DNA of 64,000 nt from the NCBI GenBank assembly GCA_023459355.1, contig JAEWUM010000033.1, positions 68,480 to 132,479 on the forward strand. The letters are read 5' to 3'. The translations under genes and the position numbers were made by a program. The DNA comes from Bacteroidota bacterium. Its GTDB lineage: Bacteria > Bacteroidota > Bacteroidia > Bacteroidales > Paludibacteraceae. Positions 1 to 7,633 of this stretch are shown here, piece by piece. The notes beneath the pieces were generated by a model. It saw only the letters and a list, made by a program, of their open reading frames with translations, made no database searches and was not told where the DNA came from. The stretch's first letter is position 1, and each line of letters starts with the position of its first letter.

Positions 1-2541
1 AATGGTTGGATCTACAACAGATACGCTAACATCAAAATTAACCTGATCGTCAATAATAAGTTTGCCGTTCAGATCAGAACCATCAAATTTAAGACCCTTT
101 AGCCCAAGGCTTTTTAAAGGTATTATTTTTGATATCTCACCATTCACATTTGAATCAACGAAAGGTTCATCGATTATCAACTCATTGTTGCTGTTTACCA
201 AACCACCGGAAGTAAACTGGAGAAGATCAGGGAATTTAATTTTCAGGTTTGCGTTCAATGGATTTTCACCCAGGTTTGGCATGTTGCTGATGGCTATACT
301 CAGGTCGATTCCAGCCCCGTCTTTCAATACAATACTATCGAGTGCAACAATCTCAGTTGGAATATCGTTGATTTGCATATCAAGTATTGTTGAATCTTTG
401 AATTCAGCTTCGAGTGTTTTTAACTGAATAGAAGTGGATTCAATTTGCATTTCAGATACACTGGCTGTAAAAGAGAGCTTTTCATTGGCCATTGCTTCGA
501 TGGCTGTTGAACTTACATTTCCGGACTCCAACATGACACCACCGCTGATGGAAAATACATCATTAAATGAAAGTATACCATTATTCAGCTTTTTATTGAT
601 TCTTAGGGAATCTAATTCTAACTCAATGACAGGCGGTATGTTTCCATTGATTATATATGCATTACTACTATTTAAATTAGCATTAGGTTTAAATGCATAC
701 ATATTGCTGAATTGCAAAGTGATATTGTTACCTTTCAATGCAAGCGGTAGATTCGGTGTGGTTATGTCAATACGAACTTTGCAACCATCTTTCACTTTGA
801 TAACACCCAAACTATCCACCTGATCGGCAATGTCTATATTAAATGGGAATTCAATATTTGTCGACTGAATGGTTTCCTTGATTTCATTTGTTATAACAGA
901 TGCAGAATTTAGTTTAATGGCAGATTCTGATTTTAGTCTTATACCCGGATTCGAAGATTCAAGAATTCTTTTACTATCCATTCGACCATTGATGCTGATT
1001 TGACCATTGTATGAAATACTATCGCTCCAATTTAATTTTCTTTTATTATCTACTATGTCTTCAATAATTGGTACTTGAGACAGGTCAATTTGAGTTAAGT
1101 CAAATTTTATCGTTAAACCTTCATCAGGATTGAAATTTTGGTTAGGAACAGAATAAGTTCGCCCGGCAAAGTTCGAGAATACAAAATTGCTTGGGAAGGT
1201 GATGCTGAAATTCTCAAGCTTATAATTTGGGTCTCTCATAACCGGCAAGTTTGCAGGTTTAATGTTGATGACCAAGTTTGTGTCAAGAGGATTAGCTTCA
1301 TCCTTTCCAATGTACACTGTGTTGATGGTGTTGATTTGAGCAGGTATATTATTGTTTTCTATGTTGAAAGGAGATGAACCTTTCATTTGTTCAGTAAAGT
1401 TCGGAATATCAAAATCCATATTATCAATCGTCATCTTTTTGATTTCAACAGTAATATCCAGTCCTATTGCTTTAGCAGCTGCTATCTTATTTGCAAGTAC
1501 TTCACCACTTGCGGATATTTCACCTTTAACTTTTACAGCTTTTAATATGTTAATTATATTGTTTTGAGCAATTGGAAGATTGTGAAGAGCAGAAATAGGG
1601 ATGGAATCTTTTACTTCATAGCCATTGGAAATCGAGAGTATGTGTTTAGGTTCAGTTTCTCCGTCAAATTTAATTTCTCCGTTGGAGAGTAAAGGGGAGA
1701 AAGGACTGAATAAAAATAAATCTGTAGGATCTATTGTTATTTTAGGAGTAAAAGTGGTCTTTGATGAACTCATAGCCCCATCGACATTTTTTAATTTTAT
1801 TGATATAACTAACTGTGCGTTAAAAACATCAATCTGATGGATTTTTGTTATTCCATCCGGGACATCAATTCCATAATTTATGTTAACTGAAAGAGTATCG
1901 TTGTTATTATCTAATACAGGAATAATTGTCGTTGGAATAGTAACAGGTGTCGGGTTGTTATCGGGGAAATGATCAATAATGCTGGCAATAAGATTGTCTT
2001 TACCTGTTCTTCTTATTATGCTGTCAACTGACAACATGTCTTGTGATAATTTATATTGATCAAAATTGATTGAGATGTTTTTATCCAGACTTACTTTCGG
2101 AACAATATCGCCAATCTGAACCGTTGGAATGTTCATGTCCAAATTTTCCGATTTATTAATTGCAGGTATCTTAAAATCACTGATGTCAATGTCTCCGAAA
2201 CTGACAGAGGTAGCTTGACTAAAGATTTGATCATCGAATTTTAATTTATCAACGTCAAGATCTTTCAGGATGTCTTCGATAGAAAGAGAGTCTGAGATAG
2301 TCATCCCATATCCGCCATCTTCCATGGTTTTCAGAAAATCCATGTCATCGGAACTTAAAAAATCACCTAACCTGATGGTGTCGGTACTGCCGATTGGCAG
2401 GGCTAAGGAATCGCCTCCAATGCTTATTTCCGTGTTTACTCCTTTGGCCATATCGTACATGGGGTCGACACAAGAATTAATCAGAAGTGTGGCAGTAGAG
2501 AGCAACGTAATGCCCAGTGCCTTTTGCATACTAATTTTCAT
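1..2541 (-). CDS. Large outer-membrane lipoprotein, DUF4621-like; 3' end runs off the window
   Basis: Not in the ORF track, presumably because it has no stop in the window. Minus strand from ATG at 2541 reads MKISMQKALGITLLSTATLLINSCVDPMYDMAKGVNTEISIGGDSLALPIGSTDTIRLGDFL, with a lipobox INS-C. The same frame is open at the window edge (...GKLIIDDQVNFDVSVSVVDPTI). The short + strand ORFs here are its antisense shadows. Confidence 0.8.
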   Translation of the reverse strand, partial: MKISMQKALGITLLSTATLLINSCVDPMYDMAKGVNTEISIGGDSLALPIGSTDTIRLGDFLSSDDMDFLKTMEDGGYGMTISDSLSIEDILKDLDVDKLKFDDQIFSQATSVSFGDIDISDFKIPAINKSENLDMNIPTVQIGDIVPKVSLDKNISINFDQYKLSQDMLSVDSIIRRTGKDNLIASIIDHFPDNNPTPVTIPTTIIPVLDNNNDTLSVNINYGIDVPDGITKIHQIDVFNAQLVISIKLKNVDGAMSSSKTTFTPKITIDPTDLFLFSPFSPLLSNGEIKFDGETEPKHILSISNGYEVKDSIPISALHNLPIAQNNIINILKAVKVKGEISASGEVLANKIAAAKAIGLDITVEIKKMTIDNMDFDIPNFTEQMKGSSPFNIENNNIPAQINTINTVYIGKDEANPLDTNLVINIKPANLPVMRDPNYKLENFSITFPSNFVFSNFAGRTYSVPNQNFNPDEGLTIKFDLTQIDLSQVPIIEDIVDNKRKLNWSDSISYNGQISINGRMDSKRILESSNPGIRLKSESAIKLNSASVITNEIKETIQSTNIEFPFNIDIADQVDSLGVIKVKDGCKVRIDITTPNLPLALKGNNITLQFSNMYAFKPNANLNSSNAYIINGNIPPVIELELDSLRINKKLNNGILSFNDVFSISGGVMLESGNVSSTAIEAMANEKLSFTASVSEMQIESTSIQLKTLEAEFKDSTILDMQINDIPTEIVALDSIVLKDGAGIDLSIAISNMPNLGENPLNANLKIKFPDLLQFTSGGLVNSNNELIIDEPFVDSNVNGEISKIIPLKSLGLKGLKFDGSDLNGKLIIDDQVNFDVSVSVVDPTI

Positions 2542-2603
2542 AATGTTATTATTTTGGGTTGATATAAACAGGGATAAATTTAATTTTCAAACAGAATCGT
2601 TTG

Positions 2604-2611
2604 CAAATTTA
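2604..2611 (-). promoter_or_regulatory. Bacteroidetes -7 promoter box for the lipoprotein gene
   Basis: TAAATTTG on the minus strand matches TAnnTTTG, about 60 nt upstream of the ATG. Confidence 0.5.
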
Positions 2612-2673
2612 TACATTTATTCTAATGTTAAACAACAAATTGTAAATTTTGTTCAAAAAAAACATCAGAATAT

Positions 2674-2707
2674 AAAAAAAACCTACACTGGTTTGTGTAA
2701 GTTTTTT
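2674..2707 (-). terminator. Intrinsic terminator downstream of tRNA-Pro
   Basis: Minus strand AAACTTACAC-aaacca-GTGTAGGTTT hairpin followed by a T run, about 30 nt after the tRNA 3' end. Confidence 0.6.
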
Positions 2708-2739
2708 AAGAATATAATATTTATATGGTATTGTCAGAG

Positions 2740-2815
2740 TCGGGATGACTGGATTCGAACCAGCGACCACTCGCCCCCCAGACGAGTACTCTAAACCGGA
2801 CTGAGCTACATCCCG
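2740..2815 (-). tRNA. tRNA-Pro (anticodon GGG), CCA not encoded
   Basis: Reverse complement begins CGGGATGTAGCTCAG, has anticodon arm CTCGT-CTGGGGG-GCGAG and T-loop GGTTCGAATCC, and ends CATCCCG-A (acceptor stem CGGGATG/CATCCCG). Confidence 0.97.
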
Positions 2816-2833
2816 CGCTTAAATTTGCGACGG

Positions 2834-2841
2834 CAAAAGTA
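2834..2841 (-). promoter_or_regulatory. -7 promoter box for tRNA-Pro
   Basis: TACTTTTG on the minus strand, 18 nt upstream of the tRNA. Confidence 0.65.
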
Positions 2842-3101
2842 CAATAAATATTTTAATGTGCCAATACTTTATCTAGGAGTTTTTTGCTCTTCGTTTTTTA
2901 GCAGAAAAAATGTTTAATCGCAATCAAAGGTGTAATCAGCAGTCCCGGCTGTTTTAGAAGGCCATCCAGGATTCTGATATATCGGAGAATTGTGTTCACC
3001 ATTGGTTGAAGTCATCAGGATTTCACTTACTGGTATTGGTTCCAGATGGGTGTTATTCTTTTCAAAATCAAAACTTTCACGTGCCGGATTCTGTTATAAT
3101 T

Positions 3102-3350
3102 AAAAAAGATTTTTACTGGAAAGCTGATGATAAAGATGATCAGCCAGTTTTCGAATTCAGATTCAAAAAGAAGGTTTTATTTGATCGTCTGGTACTTCAG
3201 GAAAATATCAGGTATGGCCAACGGATTGAACGGTTTGTTCTTGAAATTAATCAAAACGGAAAATGGATTCCTGCTGCATAAGGCTAAACAGTCGGGCACA
3301 AAAGAATATTGCGCTTTGAAGCGGTGGAAACCCAACGAATGCGAATAAAA
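3102..3350 (+). pseudogene. Remnant of an alpha-L-fucosidase (GH29) C-terminal F5/8-type domain
   Basis: One frame reads FYWKADD..PVFEFRFKKKVLFDRLVLQENIRYGQRIERFVLE..NGKWIPAA*G*TVGHKRILRFEAVETQRMRIK. QE.I..GQR and TVGHKRILRF are typical of GH29 C-terminal domains. In-frame TAA at 3279 and 3285, and no catalytic domain upstream. Confidence 0.7.
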
Positions 3351-3577
3351 CCACAGGAATTTGATTGCTGTGGTTTTTTGTTTCTTAATACAGTGTAAAC
3401 TTAAAAAACAGCATGTTGTATGTAGTAAATGTATAAATGAGGAAAACCTTGTTTTGTCTATCATGTCTTTAAATCAAAGTGTTAATCTATTGTTTGTTAA
3501 TAAAACAAGGTCTGTCTCTGTACAATTTGAGGATATTTTTCGCATTATTTTATGCCCTGTCTGAACATTTGAGCGTC

Positions 3578-3585
3578 TATTTTTG
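3578..3585 (+). promoter_or_regulatory. -7 promoter box of the chondroitin-type module
   Basis: TATTTTTG(C) about 70 nt upstream of the ATG at 3656. Confidence 0.55.
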
Positions 3586-3655
3586 CATCGTGAGAATCAG
3601 ATTCAATCCGATACTCAAGACAAATCTCAAATTAATCATTTAAATGTTTTTACTT

Positions 3656-5482
3656 ATGAAAAAATTAATTACTTTAATGCTTAGTGCTACTTTATTCATT
3701 TTTGTAGCCAATGCAACTTTTTATGTAGTTCCGAATGGTGCCGGAACTCAGGATGGATCTTCATGGGATAACGCTTATGGTAACATCCAAACAGCCATTG
3801 ATGCTGCAAACACATTGGTTATTTCTTCAGGAGAAGCCCAGGAAGTGTGGGTTAAAACAGGTACTTATTCAACCTTATCTGCTCCGTTACTAATGAAAGA
3901 AAAGGTGAATCTCTATGGTGGATTTGCCGGAACAGAAACAGCCTTGTCGCAAAGAGCAAAAGGGACTAATCTCTGGGATTATACTAATGTTACAACATTG
4001 GATGGAGGTACTACCAAGCGTTGTATTGAAGTTACAGCTAATTTCACAACGGTGACTGTTATTGATGGCTTCACGATAACTAATGGAAATGGACAGGGAA
4101 CTACACTTGCTACTAATGGCGGCGGAGTACTTCTTCGTAATAATCTGAAACTTCAAAACTCTATTGTTACCGGAAATACGGCAACTGGTAATGGTGGAGG
4201 AATAAATGCAGTCGGAGGTATGGTAGAAAACTGCTGGATATATAACAATACAACTACTTCAGGTACCATACCAGCAGCTGGAGGGATATATTCAGCTCCT
4301 GCTACTGGTTTAAATACATTTATTGAAGGTTGTCTTATTGAAAGAAATGCTCAGGGAGGTGTTCGTGTACAGGGTGCAGGCTCAGCAACAATGAATGCAT
4401 GTATAATCAGAAATAATACTTCAACAGGTCAGGGAGGTGCAATTTTTCTGAATAATCCAACTTCTTTTGTTATAACAAATTGTTTGATAGTAAATAATAA
4501 AGGAACGAATTCAATCGCGTTAAATAGAGGAAAATTAATTAACTCAACTATTGCCAACAATGAAGGTGGTATATACTTGGCATCAGAGACAAATATATCT
4601 GAAGTTTATAATAATATAATCGTGGGTAATGTTGCAATTGGAGATCCAACTACATCAGCAGGGATGAGTGCAAAAACTGGTTTTCCATCAGGATATGTAA
4701 AAAACAATGCAATATGGCCGGATATTTCCGCTCAAAGTTGGGGTGGTTCTACCAATGCTTTATTAACAACGGATGCTGAAACAGCATTCTCACAAGTTGC
4801 TTTTGCAAATCCAACTTCTTTCAAAGGAAGCACATCAGATTCCGAAAAACTAACTGAATTAGCGGGCGCATCCTGGAAAGTTACCTATGCATCTCTTTGT
4901 CTGAATTTTGGCGACAACACATTGGTTCCGGGGTCAATAACCACCGATTTTGCAGGAAGTGCAAGAATTGTGAATACCACTGTTGACGCAGGCGCCTACG
5001 AGCTATCCTATTTCGGCACAACGGTTACCTTCAACTCAGGCGGAACAATTACTTACAATTCAAATGGCCTGACATCCGGTGTCGTTTTATCCGAACCCAA
5101 AGGAAAACCATTGGCTTTCACGATTACCCCAAGTGGTGGTCAGCAGGTTGCATCAGTTAAGTACAACAATGTGGAAGTGAAAGAAGAATTGGTTGGTGGT
5201 GTTTATACTGCTCCGGCGCTGGCTGCCAATGCTACTTTGGTTGTGGAATTTTCGGCAACTACTTCCGTAAATGAAATCAATAGTGGCTTTGTTTGTTTTG
5301 CCAATGAAAATGCAATTGAAATTCGTGGTATGAAAGCAGGGGAAGAAATTCATGTGTATAGCATTACCGGTGCAGTATTATTTACACAAAAGGCTGTAAA
5401 CAATTCAATGAGTGTTCCTGTAGCAAGGGGTATCTATATCGTTAAAGCTGCCAATCAGGTTAAAAAAGTTGTTGTTGATTAA
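3656..5482 (+). CDS. Secreted right-handed beta-helix (pectin-lyase-fold / choice-of-anchor Q-like) protein with T9SS C-terminal domain
   Basis: Signal peptide MKKLITLMLSATLFIFVANA; DGSSWDNAYGNIQTAID and VWVKTGTY start motifs; repeated GGGI / NC.I.NN beta-helix coils; DFAGSARI..VDAGAYE; CTD VYSITG..GIYIVK..KKVVVD. Confidence 0.8.
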   Translation: MKKLITLMLSATLFIFVANATFYVVPNGAGTQDGSSWDNAYGNIQTAIDAANTLVISSGEAQEVWVKTGTYSTLSAPLLMKEKVNLYGGFAGTETALSQRAKGTNLWDYTNVTTLDGGTTKRCIEVTANFTTVTVIDGFTITNGNGQGTTLATNGGGVLLRNNLKLQNSIVTGNTATGNGGGINAVGGMVENCWIYNNTTTSGTIPAAGGIYSAPATGLNTFIEGCLIERNAQGGVRVQGAGSATMNACIIRNNTSTGQGGAIFLNNPTSFVITNCLIVNNKGTNSIALNRGKLINSTIANNEGGIYLASETNISEVYNNIIVGNVAIGDPTTSAGMSAKTGFPSGYVKNNAIWPDISAQSWGGSTNALLTTDAETAFSQVAFANPTSFKGSTSDSEKLTELAGASWKVTYASLCLNFGDNTLVPGSITTDFAGSARIVNTTVDAGAYELSYFGTTVTFNSGGTITYNSNGLTSGVVLSEPKGKPLAFTITPSGGQQVASVKYNNVEVKEELVGGVYTAPALAANATLVVEFSATTSVNEINSGFVCFANENAIEIRGMKAGEEIHVYSITGAVLFTQKAVNNSMSVPVARGIYIVKAANQVKKVVVD

Positions 5483-5489
5483 CACAAAT

Positions 5490-5562
5490 AAACCTCATTA
5501 GTCACATAAGAACCATAAGTTTTTTGGAAAGCTAACATGTACTTATGTGACTAATATGGTTT
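5490..5562. repeat. Long intergenic inverted repeat, member of a dispersed repeat family
   Basis: ATTAGTCACATAAG (5497-5510) and CTTATGTGACTAAT (5542-5555) are perfect 14-bp arms, extendable through AAACC/GGTTT. The right arm matches 61055-61085 in reverse complement. Confidence 0.8.
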
Positions 5563-5598
5563 AAAAAAATCGATATAAATTCAATAAAACATATAATC

Positions 5599-7521
5599 AT
5601 GAAAAAACTGACTTTATTATTTACTATTCTTTTTTCTTTGCAACTCTTTGCAGAGCCTCAGCACGGGGTAATTTATGTGGTGCCGAACGGAACGGGAACA
5701 GGTTCTTCGTGGACAGATGCGCTGGGCAATATTCAGGAAGCAATAACGTTAGCCAGAACTCAGGACCCCACAGCACGTAAAGATGTGTGGGTTGCCGGTG
5801 GAGAATATGAAATTACGCTTGCCATTAATGTTATTGATAGTGTAAATGTTTATGGAAGTTTTGCCGGTACTGAAGCCAATGTTTCAGAACGCGCACGTCC
5901 TGAAAATGCTAAACCATGGGAATTTTCCAATCCTACTGTTCTGAGAGCCAACGGTTCCAGACTGATGCAGGCTGGCGGTCACCTCGATATGGAAACAGTG
6001 ATCGATGGTTTTACCATGCAGAATGGTAATGCAACCGGATCAGCGCTCAGTACTTCTGGTGGTGCCGTTGTGGCTCGCGGTAATGTGGTGTATCAAAATT
6101 GTATTATGCGCAACAATGCAGCTATCGGAGCAGGTGGTGCTGCCATCATGACCGGAGGTGCGATTCGTCATACATTAATTGAAAACAATACCCATACAAC
6201 TGGTGGTAATGGTGGGGGTGGTATTTTTTCTAACCCACCTGCCGGATATCCATCTTATATTGAATCTTGTGTCATTCGTGGAAATACTTCGACAATTCGT
6301 GGTGCCGGAATAGGTGTACAGGGTGTGGAAAAAACATATATTGCCAATAATGAAATCTATAATAACACCTCGATTGATGGCACAACTTTTAAACCCGGAG
6401 CTGGTATTTATTCGAATAGCGCCAATAACGTTGTGACCAATTGCTTAATTTATAACAATACCGGTGGAACTGCTGTATACTACAACGGTGGTAATTTATA
6501 TAACAATACTATTGTCAAAAACGTGGGAGGTGTATATCTGGCCGGAAATGCCATTAATGCCATCAACAACATTGTATGGGGTTGTGCAACGGATGCAACC
6601 GGCACTACGCCTACAAGCATTACCGGTGTTGCCAACAGCAGCTGGCAGGTAAAAAACAATGCTACTTATAACCCGGTTCCTACTGATAAAAACTGGATTA
6701 TTGACGAAAATATTCAATTTTCCTCTAATGTTTCGAACGGCGATGTGCCGGAACCGGCCCCCGGAACAGTAGGTAGCGGTCCGAAGTTCCTTAAAACTTC
6801 CAACTTTATTGGTGTGCCGGTAACTCCTGAAAATACAGCTAATTTAGACAGTGTTAACTGGATGTTCAATACATTATCTCCCTGTGTAAATGCAGGAGCA
6901 ACTGTAGCTACTGTAATTGATGATTTCTATGGTTCTAACAGACCACAGGGTTTCCCGCTCGAAACGGCGAAATTCGATATTGGTGCTTATGAATTGCCTT
7001 ATTATACGGTTGTAGCGGGTGAAGCTGAAACTGCCAATGGTTATATTTACTCTGCCATGGGCGAATTGTTAGCTGAAAACTTTACGCAGGGATTTGCCAA
7101 AGGCAGCACGATGGAGCTGTTCTTCGAGCCTGCTGAAGGGTTTAAAATAGGTAGGGCATATTATGTTGTGTCAAACGACGGTGGACTCACGTTTACAGGT
7201 GAAGAGGTTGATTTCCTGAATGAACTGGATCAGGACTTATTCTGGACAACGCAGGTGAACGCTTCTTTCAAAGTGAAGGTTGTATGGGAATCGCTGACTG
7301 CCCTGAAAAATTTAAATCAAAGTGATATCAAATGTTTTAGTACAGGAAACGGAATTCAGATACAGGGAATTAAAGGCGGTGATATCATCCGCGTATACAA
7401 TACTACGGGTATGTTAGTGAAAGAACTGAATGCCTCTGGTGAGCAAACAATGATTCCTTTACAACAGGGAATGTATGTTGTTCGTGTTGCTGACGGAGTA
7501 CAAAAGGTGGTCGTAAAATAG
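5599..7521 (+). CDS. Second beta-helix T9SS protein, paralog of 3656..5482
   Basis: GSSWTDALGNIQEAI, VWVAGGEY, VYGSFAGTE, VIDGFTMQNG, NCLIYNNTG and FDIGAYELPYY align with the upstream gene; CTD VYNTTG..GMYVVRV..KVVVK. Confidence 0.8.
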   Translation: MKKLTLLFTILFSLQLFAEPQHGVIYVVPNGTGTGSSWTDALGNIQEAITLARTQDPTARKDVWVAGGEYEITLAINVIDSVNVYGSFAGTEANVSERARPENAKPWEFSNPTVLRANGSRLMQAGGHLDMETVIDGFTMQNGNATGSALSTSGGAVVARGNVVYQNCIMRNNAAIGAGGAAIMTGGAIRHTLIENNTHTTGGNGGGGIFSNPPAGYPSYIESCVIRGNTSTIRGAGIGVQGVEKTYIANNEIYNNTSIDGTTFKPGAGIYSNSANNVVTNCLIYNNTGGTAVYYNGGNLYNNTIVKNVGGVYLAGNAINAINNIVWGCATDATGTTPTSITGVANSSWQVKNNATYNPVPTDKNWIIDENIQFSSNVSNGDVPEPAPGTVGSGPKFLKTSNFIGVPVTPENTANLDSVNWMFNTLSPCVNAGATVATVIDDFYGSNRPQGFPLETAKFDIGAYELPYYTVVAGEAETANGYIYSAMGELLAENFTQGFAKGSTMELFFEPAEGFKIGRAYYVVSNDGGLTFTGEEVDFLNELDQDLFWTTQVNASFKVKVVWESLTALKNLNQSDIKCFSTGNGIQIQGIKGGDIIRVYNTTGMLVKELNASGEQTMIPLQQGMYVVRVADGVQKVVVK

Positions 7522-7528
7522 TGGTAAA

Positions 7529-7592
7529 TTGTAGAGACACACGCCTTGTAGAGACACACGGCTTGTAGAGACACACGGCCGTGTGTCTCTAC
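7529..7592. repeat. GTAG-type REP-like element: three tandem 17-mers ending in a perfect 28-bp palindrome
   Basis: TTGTAGAGACACACG(C/G)C x3; GTAGAGACACACGGCCGTGTGTCTCTAC at 7565-7592 is a perfect palindrome. Confidence 0.85.
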
Positions 7593-7633
7593 TGAGAATA
7601 CACACGTTTACAAAAACGAAATACATAAAAATC

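Noticed and set aside
62..2794. Short + strand ORFs (62..427, 434..823, 2270..2794 and others)
   Set aside because: They are antisense shadows of the minus-strand lipoprotein gene and the tRNA.
3006..3281. Intact 91-aa gene
   Set aside because: Similarity continues past its stop codon, so a pseudogene fragment explains it better.
5490..5562. Invertible (phase-variable) promoter
   Set aside because: The spacer is only 31 nt, has no TAnnTTTG box, and there is no recombinase nearby.
7529..7592. CRISPR array
   Set aside because: The 17-nt units are directly adjacent with no unique spacers, and there are no cas genes.
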